DNA from: an uncultured Actinomycetes bacterium
GTDB lineage: Bacteria > Actinomycetota > Actinomycetes > S36-B12 > UBA5976
Direction of reading: 5' to 3'
Assembly: GCA_903892635.1 (NCBI GenBank)
Contig: CAITJH010000017.1
Coordinates: 50,909-114,908, forward strand
Length of the DNA: 64,000 nt
The notes below the pieces were generated by a model. It did not search any database, was not told the DNA's origin, and worked only from the letters and a program-made list of their open reading frames with translations. The position numbers and the translations under genes are program-made. The number at the start of each line of letters is the position of its first letter. Position 1 is the first letter of the stretch. Shown piece after piece: positions 10,451 to 21,062 of this stretch.

Positions 10451-11831
10451 TCTTCAACTCTACGTCGTCCATGGATTCAATGAGCTTTTCGACGCGCTCA
10501 TCGACATTTGCAAACGGATCTTTGCACAACACAGTGCGCTGGGTTTGATCGTTCATCTTCAAATGAACCCAGTCCACAGAGATGTCTTTGCCTGCAATTT
10601 GCGCAGCTTTGATGAAATCTCCGCGCAATTTTGCGCGGGTGTTTTGTGGTGGGATTGATTTTGCCGCAAAAACTTCAATATCTGTTGAGATTCGATTGAC
10701 CGCGCCAGTACGTTCCATCATGTTGAATAGCCCGCGAGACCTCGACACATCGTGATACATCAAATCAACTTGCGCAATACGTGCTGAATCCAATTCCAAA
10801 TTATGACGCTCTTGATAAGCGGTGATTAGGCGCTTCTTAATAGCCCAATCAATGTCGCGATCAATCAGACCATGATTTCCGGTCTCGACCGCATTCAAAG
10901 TTCGTTCCCACAGCTCTAGCGCCTGACCGTGTGTGGCAGATAGTTCTGAGTCGGACTTTTCGATGTAATCCTTAACCATCGTTAAAAATTCAGTCTGCAA
11001 ATTTAATGCAGTCATCGTTTGCCCACTCGACAAAGTCACCATCGCTTGTCCCGTAAGGTCATGCGATACATCACGAATAGCACGTATTGGATTTTCTAAA
11101 GTGAGATTCTTGCGTAAGGCATTTGCCTCGAGCGCACGCAGAACAAGATCCATAGATGCGACTTTGACCATTGTGGTCAACTCGCACATGTTTGAATCCC
11201 CTACGATGACGTGCAATCGACGGAATGATTCCGCATCAGCATGTGGCTCATCTCGAGTATTGATAATCGGGCGGGATCGAGTCGTTGCGCTTGATACGCC
11301 TTCCCACATGTGATCAGCTCGCTGCGACAGTGCATAAATCGTGCCGCGAGGAGTGGACAAAACTTTGCCAGCTCCGCAAATTAACTGTCGAGTAATTAAA
11401 AAAGGTAATAGCGCCTCAATTTGGTCAAGGTAGTCTGCGCGTCGACGAATGAGGAAATTCTCATGGCAGCCGTACGAATTACCGCCAGAGTCCGTGTTGT
11501 TCTTAAATAAGTGAATTTCGCCTTCGATGCCTTCTTCGGCGAGTCGTAACTGGGCATCCGCGACCAAGCCTTCAACAATTCTTTCGCCAGCACGATCTTG
11601 AATCACAACCTCGCGAATGTCGTCACATTCAGCAGTTGCATACTCTGGGTGACTACCGACATCCAGGTACAGACGCGCTCCGTTGGTTAGAAAGACATTG
11701 CTACTACGTCCCCATGCAACTACACGCCGAAATAAGTAGCGCGCCACTTCGTCCGGCGTCAGTCGACGTTGACCCTCGAAAGCGCAAGTGACACCGTACT
11801 CGGTTTCAATGCCAAAAATACGACGATCCAT
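10443..11831 (-). CDS. pafA: Pup--protein ligase PafA
   Basis: 462 aa. N-terminus is nearly collinear with mycobacterial PafA as I remember it ([59 protein letters not shown]). It lacks the Dop-specific insertion. Lies downstream of pup. Confidence 0.9.
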   Translation of the reverse strand: MDRRIFGIETEYGVTCAFEGQRRLTPDEVARYLFRRVVAWGRSSNVFLTNGARLYLDVGSHPEYATAECDDIREVVIQDRAGERIVEGLVADAQLRLAEEGIEGEIHLFKNNTDSGGNSYGCHENFLIRRRADYLDQIEALLPFLITRQLICGAGKVLSTPRGTIYALSQRADHMWEGVSSATTRSRPIINTRDEPHADAESFRRLHVIVGDSNMCELTTMVKVASMDLVLRALEANALRKNLTLENPIRAIRDVSHDLTGQAMVTLSSGQTMTALNLQTEFLTMVKDYIEKSDSELSATHGQALELWERTLNAVETGNHGLIDRDIDWAIKKRLITAYQERHNLELDSARIAQVDLMYHDVSRSRGLFNMMERTGAVNRISTDIEVFAAKSIPPQNTRAKLRGDFIKAAQIAGKDISVDWVHLKMNDQTQRTVLCKDPFANVDERVEKLIESMDDVELKNA

Positions 11832-11839
11832 CGGTGGGG

Positions 11840-12022
11840 TTACTCGCCACCCTTTTGCACAAAACTCTTTACAAATTCTTCAGCGTTCTTTTCCAAGACT
11901 CCGTCGATTTCATCAAGCAAATCAGTGATATCAACAGCACTGGTATTGGTTACCGCCGCTACGACTTCTTCGGTCGATTCATTCTGGCTCGTACTCTTGC
12001 TAATAAATTCGCGCTCTGACAT
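11840..12022 (-). CDS. pup: Prokaryotic ubiquitin-like protein Pup (C-terminal GGE)
   Basis: 60 aa from the ATG at 12022, preceded by GAGAGG. The ORF-track start at 12058 adds 12 aa with no RBS. C-terminal half [30 protein letters not shown] matches the Pup consensus. Sits between dop and pafA. Confidence 0.9.
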   Translation of the reverse strand: MSEREFISKSTSQNESTEEVVAAVTNTSAVDITDLLDEIDGVLEKNAEEFVKSFVQKGGE

Positions 12023-12065
12023 TAGTTCACCTCTCGCTATGAATAGCCTATGCCACAAGCGTTTT

Positions 12066-13568
12066 CTATGCTCCTAGTGCAGCAACAAAGTCTGCAGCAC
12101 TGAGATTCTGATCAAATAACACTCCGGCCGTTTCTCGTGTCCCCCGCCGCGCATCACCAGTGGCAATGCGATGAAGCGGCACTTCTGGACCCAAGTCGAA
12201 AATCACAGAATCCCACGATGCCGCAGCGATTTGTTCGGTATAGGTCTTCATGCACATGCCACGGAAATAGGCACGCGTATCATGTGGAGGATTTGAGATT
12301 GCATGGTTGATTTCGTCGTCACTAAACATGACATCCTGACGCCCCTTACGCTGCATCAGCAATGCCAGACCTTTGTCGGGCCGCAAATCCGAGTACTGGA
12401 TATCAACGGCAGCCAGGCGGGGGTCTTTCCAAGTGCTGTTGTCACGTTGTCGGTAACCCTCGAGAACTGAGTACTTAAGGATCCAGTCCACTTCGTTGGC
12501 AAGAGACATTTTGTTAGTACGTAATGTCGAAATAATGCGCGTCCAGTGATTCAACACATGCATCGTCATGGCATCGCCTGTGCCTGAATCGGCGACATAT
12601 TTTGTTGCTGCCTCAATAAACACTTCTTGAATGTCTAAAGCGCTAATTGTTTTTCCGTTGCGTAATTCCAGAAGTCGCACGAAATCCACGTCGTGACTTA
12701 CTTGATGCATCGCCGAGACTGGATCACGCAGTTCTAGGTCTTGAGTCAGATACCCTGCCTCAATCATGCTGAGCATCAATGAAGTCGTGCCTAATTTGAG
12801 ATACGTCGCCCGTTGCGACATGTTGGCATCACCAACAATGACGTGCAGGCGTCGGAATTCCTCGGGATTTGCATGAGGTTCATCGCGCGTATTAATAATT
12901 GGTCGACGTAACGTTGTTTCGAGTCCAACTTCAGCCTCAAAATAATCAGCTCGCTGTGAAATTTGAAAACCTTCAGTCAGGCTTTCTTGACCTATTCCAA
13001 CCCGACCTGCACCAGCGAATACACATCGTGTGACAAAAAATGGCGTGAGATATTTGACTAGTTGTGCAAATGGTGTCGCACGGTCAACTTGATAATTCTC
13101 ATGCGTTCCATAACTCACCTTGCCATCAGTGTTGTTCTTATAAGCAGTGATCAACTGTCCAGTAAAGGAACTTGCAAGTTGCGCACTGTGCTGCATGATG
13201 CGATCTCCCGCAGCATCCCAAAGAGCCGCATCACGTGGATTGGTGACTTCCGGCGATGAATACTCAGGATGTGCATGATCAACATAGAACCGAGCGCCAT
13301 TGAAAAGTACGAGATTGGCCAGACCATAATCATCGTCAGTCAACTGTGAAGGATCAGCGTCAGCCCTACTCATATCAAAACCACGCGCATCACGCAATGG
13401 CGTCTCTACGTCATAGTCCCAACGCATTCGGCGCGGGCGCTCGGGCATCACTTCTGTGCCATACGCAGTAACTACCTGCGACGACAACAACACGGGATTG
13501 GCCAATGGGTCAGCTAATGCCGAGATCCCATATTCAGTTTCAACACCCATAATGCGGTGTACAGACAT
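12066..13568 (-). CDS. dop: Pup deamidase/depupylase Dop
   Basis: 500 aa PafA paralogue with Dop-type sequence ([53 protein letters not shown]). Lies between arc and pup. Confidence 0.9.
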   Translation of the reverse strand: MSVHRIMGVETEYGISALADPLANPVLLSSQVVTAYGTEVMPERPRRMRWDYDVETPLRDARGFDMSRADADPSQLTDDDYGLANLVLFNGARFYVDHAHPEYSSPEVTNPRDAALWDAAGDRIMQHSAQLASSFTGQLITAYKNNTDGKVSYGTHENYQVDRATPFAQLVKYLTPFFVTRCVFAGAGRVGIGQESLTEGFQISQRADYFEAEVGLETTLRRPIINTRDEPHANPEEFRRLHVIVGDANMSQRATYLKLGTTSLMLSMIEAGYLTQDLELRDPVSAMHQVSHDVDFVRLLELRNGKTISALDIQEVFIEAATKYVADSGTGDAMTMHVLNHWTRIISTLRTNKMSLANEVDWILKYSVLEGYRQRDNSTWKDPRLAAVDIQYSDLRPDKGLALLMQRKGRQDVMFSDDEINHAISNPPHDTRAYFRGMCMKTYTEQIAAASWDSVIFDLGPEVPLHRIATGDARRGTRETAGVLFDQNLSAADFVAALGA

Positions 13569-13581
13569 CGCTTTGCCTTAC

Positions 13582-15222
13582 CTAAACGTATGGATTGGAT
13601 GGAACAGTTGTGTCGATACTTCGACCGGCTTCTACGCCGACAGTTCCGTGCACCAAAGTGCGCATGAATGCAATCCGCTCGCCCTTCTTGCCAGAAATTC
13701 TCGCCCAGTCATCTGGATTAGTTGTATTCGGCAAGTCCTCGTTCTCACGGAATTCGTCGTAGCACGCTGTCATAAGTTGATCTAACGTGATGCCGCGTTG
13801 CCCAGTTTCAAGTTCGGACTTAATCGCTGCCTTTTTTGCTCGCGAAATAATGTTTTCGATCATCGCACCCGACATGAAGTCTTTGAAATACATGATCTCT
13901 TTATCGCCATTGGCATAGGTCACTTCGAGGAATTCATTCTCGGTCGACAATGCATACGTGCGATCGACAATTGAATCGATCATGTGCGTGATCAACGCAG
14001 CGGTATCGCCATTGAACTTCGCCAGTTCAGATGGATGAAGCGGGACATCCTTTGTCAGGTAAATCTTGAAGATGTCGTTTGCTGCAGGACCATCAGGACG
14101 TTCAATCTTGATTTTCACATCAAGTCGACCTGGCCGAAGAATTGCTGGGTCAATCATGTCTTCACGATTCGACGCGCCAATAACGATGACGTTCTCGAGT
14201 GTTTCAACACCGTCAATTTCACTCAACAATTGAGGGACGATTGTATTTTCAACGTCACTTGATACGCCGCTTCCTCGAGTGCGGAACAGCGAATCCATCT
14301 CGTCAAAGAACACGATCACAGGGGTTCCTGCGTTTGCGTGCTCACGTGCCTTTTGGAAGATCACTCGAATCTGTCGCTCGGTTTCACCAACATACTTATT
14401 AAGAAGCTCAGGACCCTTGATGTTGAGGAAGTAACTCTTTCCTTCTCCGACACCACGCATCTCATATGTCTTTTTCGCGAGCGAGTTCGCTACAGCTTTT
14501 GCGATCAATGTCTTGCCACATCCGGGAGGACCATACAGAAGGATTCCTTTTGGTGGCTTGAGTTCGTACTCTTTAAACAACTCTGGATGCAAGAACGGAA
14601 GTTCAACTGAATCGCGAATCATCTGAATCTGTGGAGTAAGACCGCCAATGTCTTCGTACGAGATATCTGGAACTTCTTCGAGTTGTAAGTCTTCGACTTC
14701 TGACTTCGCTATGCGCTCAATGACGTAGCCTGACCGACTGTCACACAAAACAGAATCGCCAGACTTTAAATCAATGTCTACAAGTGGTGCAGCCAAGCGC
14801 ACAACTCGTTCTTCGCTTCCTCGAACGAGCACGAGAGCACGCCGACCGTCTTCAAGCATTTCCTTGAAAATCGCCAACTCACCATGTTCTTCGAAACCAC
14901 AAGCGACAACAACGTTCATCGCTTCGTTCAAAATGACTTCTTGGCCAGCTTCCAAGACGCTCTTATCAATTGATGGAGCAATCGAGACCCGCATCTTTCG
15001 ACCGTTCACAACGACATTCACCATGTCATTAGCTGCAGGGCTGTCATAAATAGCAAAACCATTAGGAGGTCCAGATAAACGCTCAACTTCTTCCTTGAGC
15101 GTGATGAGTTGTTCACGGGCTTCACGAAGAGTCGTTGACAGGCGCTGATTATTAGCACTTAGATCGTTGATTTGCTCGTGCAGCTTCTGCAATTCGACAT
15201 TAGGCGAAGTGCTCTCGGTCAT
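13582..15222 (-). CDS. arc: Proteasome-associated AAA+ ATPase ARC/Mpa
   Basis: 546 aa. N-terminal coiled coil, OB region, and an AAA+ module with Walker A GPPGCGKT and Walker [11 protein letters not shown]-terminus is ...[12 protein letters not shown] overlap with trmI. Confidence 0.9.
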   Translation of the reverse strand: MTESTSPNVELQKLHEQINDLSANNQRLSTTLREAREQLITLKEEVERLSGPPNGFAIYDSPAANDMVNVVVNGRKMRVSIAPSIDKSVLEAGQEVILNEAMNVVVACGFEEHGELAIFKEMLEDGRRALVLVRGSEERVVRLAAPLVDIDLKSGDSVLCDSRSGYVIERIAKSEVEDLQLEEVPDISYEDIGGLTPQIQMIRDSVELPFLHPELFKEYELKPPKGILLYGPPGCGKTLIAKAVANSLAKKTYEMRGVGEGKSYFLNIKGPELLNKYVGETERQIRVIFQKAREHANAGTPVIVFFDEMDSLFRTRGSGVSSDVENTIVPQLLSEIDGVETLENVIVIGASNREDMIDPAILRPGRLDVKIKIERPDGPAANDIFKIYLTKDVPLHPSELAKFNGDTAALITHMIDSIVDRTYALSTENEFLEVTYANGDKEIMYFKDFMSGAMIENIISRAKKAAIKSELETGQRGITLDQLMTACYDEFRENEDLPNTTNPDDWARISGKKGERIAFMRTLVHGTVGVEAGRSIDTTVPSNPYV

Positions 15223-16115
15223 GGCGTTGCCTCCTCGTTTGACCCTAATGCTTCAAGTCCCTCAATCGCACCTTTGGCAGGTCGAATTCGTCGAGGTGGA
15301 AGTACAGTTCCCGGCGCCAAACGGCGAGTCTGAATCAGAAAACCAGTGTGTCCCTGCATTCGATGATTTGGACGAACCGCGAGCCCTTCGACGTGCCACG
15401 GTCGTTGGATCAACTCTTGTGCTTCAGGATCTGTCCAGCGCTTGTCCTTTCGTAAGTTCTCAACCATGTTGGACATTTGGGTCGTCGTTGCTACGTAGGC
15501 AATCAGAACACCACCAGGGCGAATGACAGGTGCCAACGATTCAATACATTCCCACGGAGCCAGCATGTCCAGCACCACCCGATCAACGGATCCTTCAGGA
15601 AGATTGACGACCTCATCCTGCAAGTCACCAATTGTTACTGACCAATTCGCTGGAGTTTCTCCAAAGAAATTAGTGATGTTCTTCGTTGCAATCTTGGCGA
15701 AGTCTTCACGGCGCTCATAGCTATGAACTGTGCCATGCTCCCCTACTGCCCGAATCAACGAGCAAGTAAGTGCACCAGAACCAACACCTGCCTCAACGAC
15801 CGTTGCTCCGGGATACACATCTGCGAAGCCAACAATGGCTGCGGCGTCCTTGGGATAGACAACTGCTGCGCCTCGAGGCATGGACAGCACAAAGTCGGTA
15901 AGCAAAGGTCGTAGCGCTAGGTACACCATGTTTCCCGTCGAAGTAACAGTACAGCCTTCGAACTGGCCAATGATGTCGTCATGCGGAATGCTGCCATGGT
16001 TAGTAAAGAAACTGTTTCCACGTTGCAACACGATGGTGTGTTTGCGAGCCTTTACATCAGTTAATTGGACACGATCGCCCTCGGTGAATACACCAGTGAC
16101 ATTGCGGGCAACCAT
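15219..16115 (-). CDS. trmI: tRNA (adenine(58)-N1)-methyltransferase TrmI
   Basis: GERVQLTD-like N-terminus (EGDRVQLTD) and SAM-binding [13 protein letters not shown] place the start at ATG 16115 because AAGGAG lies 4 nt upstream. The ORF-track start at 16181 adds 22 aa. Confidence 0.85.
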   Translation of the reverse strand: MVARNVTGVFTEGDRVQLTDVKARKHTIVLQRGNSFFTNHGSIPHDDIIGQFEGCTVTSTGNMVYLALRPLLTDFVLSMPRGAAVVYPKDAAAIVGFADVYPGATVVEAGVGSGALTCSLIRAVGEHGTVHSYERREDFAKIATKNITNFFGETPANWSVTIGDLQDEVVNLPEGSVDRVVLDMLAPWECIESLAPVIRPGGVLIAYVATTTQMSNMVENLRKDKRWTDPEAQELIQRPWHVEGLAVRPNHRMQGHTGFLIQTRRLAPGTVLPPRRIRPAKGAIEGLEALGSNEEATP

Positions 16116-16228
16116 GAGGCTCCTTTGTTTCATCGCTATTGTCCTTACATTCTCGCAGGTTTGCCTCGAATGACTCACCACCGCATTGCTAAACTCTGGT
16201 TAACCGCACAAATTTCAGCCAAGGAGTC

Positions 16229-17074
16229 TTGTTGACATCGCTCTCCGGTTTCCCTCGAAACTGCAATGTGATCATCGCAGCATTTGCTGGGTGGAACGAT
16301 GCCGCACAATCCGCAACTGATGCGCTAGAAGTCCTACTTGAACTATGGGATGCCGAAGAAGTCGCTGAGCTCAACGGCGACGACTACTACGACTACCAAT
16401 TCAATCGACCCGAAGTGAGCATCGATATCGACGGCGCCCGCCACATTGAATGGCCGAGCACGACGGTGTATCGCGCAAATTCTCAAACAATTCCTGGGAC
16501 AAACATTGTGCTTGTGCTTGGAGTCGAGCCCAGCATGAAGTGGAAAACGTTCTGCCAAGAAATCCTGAAACACACGCCAACCAATGTTCCAACCGTTCTT
16601 GTAACTCTGGGCGCACTTCTAGCTGACGTACCGCACACGCGACCAATTCCAGTTAATGGAACTACTGCGAATTCCGAACTTCAAGAAATTACTGGCTTCG
16701 AGGTGTCACGCTACGAAGGCCCAACGGGAATTCTCGGTATTTTGCAGACCGAAGCTGAAGCACAGGGCATCTCTGGAATGTCGCTCTGGGCTGCGGTTCC
16801 TCATTACGTTGCTGCTCCACCATGTCCAAAGGCAACACTTGCGCTACTTCGTTCAATCGAAGACCTTCTTGATGTTGCAATCCCAATCGATGACCTTGTG
16901 GAAGATGCTCGCGCCTGGCACACCGGTGTTGAGGAAATGACATCAGACGACGAAGAGATTGCAGATTACGTTCGTAATCTCGAAGAGTCTCAAGATACTG
17001 CCGAACTGCCCGAAGCTTCAGGCGAAGCAATTGCAAAAGAATTTGAGCGTTACTTACGTCGTCGCGAACATTAA
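16229..17074 (+). CDS. PAC2 (proteasome assembly chaperone-like) family protein
   Basis: 281 aa. N-terminus (VIIAAFAGWNDAAQSATDALE) and acidic C-terminal tail are typical of actinobacterial PAC2-family proteins found near arc. AAGGAG at 16221-16226 favours the second TTG, at 16232. Confidence 0.7.
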   Translation: MLTSLSGFPRNCNVIIAAFAGWNDAAQSATDALEVLLELWDAEEVAELNGDDYYDYQFNRPEVSIDIDGARHIEWPSTTVYRANSQTIPGTNIVLVLGVEPSMKWKTFCQEILKHTPTNVPTVLVTLGALLADVPHTRPIPVNGTTANSELQEITGFEVSRYEGPTGILGILQTEAEAQGISGMSLWAAVPHYVAAPPCPKATLALLRSIEDLLDVAIPIDDLVEDARAWHTGVEEMTSDDEEIADYVRNLEESQDTAELPEASGEAIAKEFERYLRRREH

Positions 17075-18699
17075 CGGTGCGAACGGTACCAATCAATCGC
17101 TGAGGCCGTGGCTGCATCAAATCCACTTGTTGAATCGTGATTGCTCAGAAACGGCGCAATAGTTGTAGCCATTTCTTTTCCAAGTTCAACGCCCCATTGA
17201 TCAAATGAGTTGATTCCCCAGACAACACCTTGCACGAATGTCATGTGTTCATACATGGCTACGAGTGCACCTAAGACATAAGGATCTAAACACTCGATCA
17301 TGATGACGTTCGTTGGACGATTACCTGGCATTACCTTGTGATCGACAAGCTCTGGAGCAACTCCGGATGAAACAACTTCTTCTCGAGTTCGGCCAAATGC
17401 AAATACTCGTGCCTGACCAATCGCATTACTCACTAGGACATCATGGTGAGCGCCAATCGGATTGAGTGACTTGCCTGTGAAAATCACATCACAAGCCACA
17501 ACTGATGTGCCTTGATGCAGTAACTGAAAGAAGGAATGTTGACCGTTCGTGCCCGGCTCTCCCCAGTAAATGGCGCCGGTATCGCATCCAACAGCCGAGC
17601 CATCCAGACGCACACTCTTACCGTTGCTTTCCATAACCAGCTGCTGAAGGTAGGCAGGAAATCGCTTTAAGTATTGGTCATAAGGTAGCACAGCCACACT
17701 CGGAATGTTCAAGAACGAACGATTCCAGACACCGAGTAGACCAAGAAGTACTGGCACATTCTTTTCTAACGGTGTTGTGGCAAAGTGTTGATCCATTGCA
17801 TGAAACCCTGCCAACATCTGATCAAATGCCTCTGGGCCAATCGCGATCATTGTCGACAGTCCGATGGCTGAATCCATGGAATACCGTCCACCGACCCAAT
17901 CCCAAAATCCGAACATATTTGCCGGATCAATTCCGAATTCAGTGACAAGCTCTTCATGCGTCGACACTGCGACGAAATGTTTTGCGATAGAACTTTCGGC
18001 ACGATCTGGTACTACTTGAAGAAGTGCCTCACGCGCAGTCTTGGCATTCATCATTGTTTCTTGAGTCGTGAAAGTTTTGCTTGCAATGATAAAGAGTGTT
18101 TCTAGTGGGTCAACAACTCTTAAAACTTCCGCAATGTCAGTGCTATCAACATTGCTCACAAAATGGAATGACATGTCGCGCTGTGAAAAGTGACGCAACG
18201 CTTCGTAAGCCATCACAGGTCCTAAATCCGAACCGCCAATACCGATATTGACGACGTGTCGAATTCGTTTACCCGTCGCACCAAGCCATTGCCCGTCACG
18301 TACTGCCCGAGCTAGAGCAGCCATGCGGTCGCGCACTTCGTACACATGCTCAACGATGTCGATACCGTCGACAAGCAAAGTTGATGACCGAGGCAAGCGC
18401 AGCGCAGTGTGAAGCACGGCTCGATTTTCAGTGCTATTGATGTGCGAGCCACCAAGCATGCGATCACGAATAGCTTCTAGCCCAGATTCTCGCGCAATAG
18501 TCATTAGTTCTGTGAGCACGTCTTCGTCAATACGCTGACGGCTGTAGTCAAAGGTGATGCCGGCAGCAGTTGCATGAAATGAACTGCGATCCGACTCAAA
18601 CAAATCACGAATGTGAATGCTGGCCCATAACTGCGCTTTCCGAGCGAGTTGTTCCCACGCAGGAGTACCAACAGCACCGTGCTGTGTCATTAGTACCAC
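17071..18699 (-). CDS. pgi: Glucose-6-phosphate isomerase
   Basis: 542 aa. PGI signatures NIGIGGSDLGP, FDQWGVELGK and SNGKSV. Confidence 0.9.
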   Translation of the reverse strand: MVLMTQHGAVGTPAWEQLARKAQLWASIHIRDLFESDRSSFHATAAGITFDYSRQRIDEDVLTELMTIARESGLEAIRDRMLGGSHINSTENRAVLHTALRLPRSSTLLVDGIDIVEHVYEVRDRMAALARAVRDGQWLGATGKRIRHVVNIGIGGSDLGPVMAYEALRHFSQRDMSFHFVSNVDSTDIAEVLRVVDPLETLFIIASKTFTTQETMMNAKTAREALLQVVPDRAESSIAKHFVAVSTHEELVTEFGIDPANMFGFWDWVGGRYSMDSAIGLSTMIAIGPEAFDQMLAGFHAMDQHFATTPLEKNVPVLLGLLGVWNRSFLNIPSVAVLPYDQYLKRFPAYLQQLVMESNGKSVRLDGSAVGCDTGAIYWGEPGTNGQHSFFQLLHQGTSVVACDVIFTGKSLNPIGAHHDVLVSNAIGQARVFAFGRTREEVVSSGVAPELVDHKVMPGNRPTNVIMIECLDPYVLGALVAMYEHMTFVQGVVWGINSFDQWGVELGKEMATTIAPFLSNHDSTSGFDAATASAIDWYRSHR

Positions 18700-18758
18700 C
18701 TCGCTTTAACCCTCACCGATAACATAAAGGATATACGTTGCAATCAAGGGAGCACTCG

Positions 18759-19805
18759 GTGGCTAGCACTTCTCAGATCACACACATCGGCATGGTGGGC
18801 TTGGGGCGCATGGGGGCTAACTTGGTTCGCCGAATCAGCGACGCCTCAATATCCGCTGTTGCTTATGACGCACAACCTGATGTTGCATCGGAGTTAGCCC
18901 GCGAAAACCCGACATTCATCAGTTCAGCGGCCTCAATCGACGATTTGATAAGTCAACTTCCGGCTCCTCGAGCCATCTGGATCATGGTGCCAGCCGGAGC
19001 CATCACCGAATCTGTGGTGGATGAATTGGTCAGCAAACTCTCCCCTGGCGACATCATCATTGATGGCGGAAACTCGTATTACCGAGACGATCTTCGCCAT
19101 AGTGCAAGTGCGGCACTCAAGGGCATCCACTTCTTAGATGTAGGAACCAGTGGCGGTGTTTGGGGTCGTGAGCGTGGTTATTGCCTCATGATCGGCGGCG
19201 ATAGTCAGGCAGTTTCTAGCCTCACCGCAATCTGGGATGCAGTATCCCCTGGCTTTGAAGCGGCTCCACGCACTCCCAATCGAACTGGCGAGACAACAAC
19301 TGACGAACGTGGCTGGTTGCATTGCGGTCCATCTGGTGCCGGACACTTCGTCAAGATGGTTCACAACGGAATTGAATATGGATTGATGGCTGCTTACGCC
19401 GAGGGTCTCAATATTTTGAAATCCGCCGACGAAGGACTCAAGCCTCGGTCAGCCGATGCCGAAACAGCGCCACTCGCCCACCCAGAGCATTACCAATACG
19501 AATTTGATGTTCCCGCAATAACCGAACTGTGGCGTCGAGGAAGTGTTGTCTCCTCGTGGTTGCTCGATCTCACAGCAATCGCATTGCATGATTCACCAAA
19601 TCTCGATGAATTCAGTGGTCGCGTATCTGACTCTGGCGAAGGTCGATGGACTGCGATTGCTGCCATCGAAGAAGGCGTTCCAGCTCCGGTATTAACGGCA
19701 GCAGTATTTTCACGATTTGAATCACGCAGTCGTTCCGAGTTTGCCAACAAAGTACTGTCAGCCATGCGCAAGCAGTTTGGCGGACATCACGAAAAGAAGG
19801 ACTAG
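18759..19805 (+). CDS. gnd: 6-phosphogluconate dehydrogenase, decarboxylating (short Gnd/YqeC-like type)
   Basis: Rossmann motif GMVGLGRMGANL and KMVHNGIEYG. ORF track starts at TTG 18738. I prefer GTG 18759, which lies 6 nt after AAGGGAG. Confidence 0.8.
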   Translation: MASTSQITHIGMVGLGRMGANLVRRISDASISAVAYDAQPDVASELARENPTFISSAASIDDLISQLPAPRAIWIMVPAGAITESVVDELVSKLSPGDIIIDGGNSYYRDDLRHSASAALKGIHFLDVGTSGGVWGRERGYCLMIGGDSQAVSSLTAIWDAVSPGFEAAPRTPNRTGETTTDERGWLHCGPSGAGHFVKMVHNGIEYGLMAAYAEGLNILKSADEGLKPRSADAETAPLAHPEHYQYEFDVPAITELWRRGSVVSSWLLDLTAIALHDSPNLDEFSGRVSDSGEGRWTAIAAIEEGVPAPVLTAAVFSRFESRSRSEFANKVLSAMRKQFGGHHEKKD

Positions 19806-19842
19806 GAAGCACTTTTCCTAGCCACTGCATAGACTTAAGTTC

Positions 19843-21060
19843 ATGCAGGCATGGTCGCCCGTCGCAGTTCCTGCGACTTCTCAACAATTCACAGCACTTC
19901 AAGTCTTTGACTCAGTTTCGCAAGAACTCGTTCCATTGGATTGCGATCGAGAGGTGACAATGTACGTCTGTGGAATTACTCCATACGACGCAACACACAT
20001 GGGACATGCTGCAACATACGTTGCATTCGATACCTTGCAACGAATTTGGCGTGCTTGCGGTGCCACAGTGAATTACACCCAAAACGTCACAGACGTGGAT
20101 GATCCGCTCATCGAACGAGCACTGGCTACAGGCAGGAAATGGCAGGACATCGCCGAAGAGCAAACTGACCTCTTTCGAAGCGACATGGAAGCATTGAGAG
20201 TAATTCCACCAGCTAATTACATTGGCGCAGTTGAATCAATTGATCTAGTTGTTGAACGAATCAACCAACTTGCTCAAGCCCAGTCGGTTTATGATCTCGA
20301 CGGTGACCTGTACTACGACATTTCTCATGCGCGACTCTTAGGCCAGATCGCCCATTTGTCACGCGACGAGATGATTGCAGTCTTCAGCCAGCGAGGTGGC
20401 GATCCAACTCGAGAAGGCAAACGCGATCCGCTTGATGCCTTGCTCTGGCGACATGAACGACCCAACGATCCCTCTTGGGAGACCGAACTTGGTGCTGGCC
20501 GACCAGGATGGCACATTGAATGCGCCGCCATCGCATTGAAATACCTCGGGAACACAATCGACGTGCAAGGTGGTGGCAGCGACCTGAAATTCCCGCATCA
20601 TGAAATGAGTGCTGCACACGCCGAAACCGCTACTGGAGAACAACCATTTGCCAAGGCCTTCATGCATACCGGAATGGTGGCTTTGGGTGGCGAGAAAATG
20701 AGCAAGTCACTCGGCAATCTTGTTTTTGTTTCGAAACTAACCGCATCTGGAATCGATCCAATGGCAATTCGCCTAACGATTTTAAACAATCACTACCGTT
20801 CAGAATGGGAATGGTTTGACAGCAGTCTCGATACTGCAATTGCTCGCCTTGATCGCTGGCGAAGTGCACTCAACCAATCGAGCGGTGCACCTGATATCAC
20901 TGCCGAGATTGGCGCTGCGATAACCAACGACCTTGACACACCGCGTGCGATTGGCTTAATCGACGAATGGGTGCACGCCACATTGAATGGTGACACGTCC
21001 ACTCACGGTAGCCCCCAATCAATGGCTGTGACCATCGATGCATTGTTAGGAATCGCGTAA
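19843..21060 (+). CDS. mshC: Cysteine:1D-myo-inosityl 2-amino-2-deoxy-alpha-D-glucopyranoside ligase (mycothiol synthesis)
   Basis: 405 aa class-I aaRS fold (TPYDATHMGHAATY, KMSKSLGN). N-terminus is collinear with MshC (MQ.W..P.VP.....L.L.DS). Neighbourhood matches the mycobacterial mshC region. Confidence 0.85.
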   Translation: MQAWSPVAVPATSQQFTALQVFDSVSQELVPLDCDREVTMYVCGITPYDATHMGHAATYVAFDTLQRIWRACGATVNYTQNVTDVDDPLIERALATGRKWQDIAEEQTDLFRSDMEALRVIPPANYIGAVESIDLVVERINQLAQAQSVYDLDGDLYYDISHARLLGQIAHLSRDEMIAVFSQRGGDPTREGKRDPLDALLWRHERPNDPSWETELGAGRPGWHIECAAIALKYLGNTIDVQGGGSDLKFPHHEMSAAHAETATGEQPFAKAFMHTGMVALGGEKMSKSLGNLVFVSKLTASGIDPMAIRLTILNNHYRSEWEWFDSSLDTAIARLDRWRSALNQSSGAPDITAEIGAAITNDLDTPRAIGLIDEWVHATLNGDTSTHGSPQSMAVTIDALLGIA

Positions 21061-21062
21061 CC

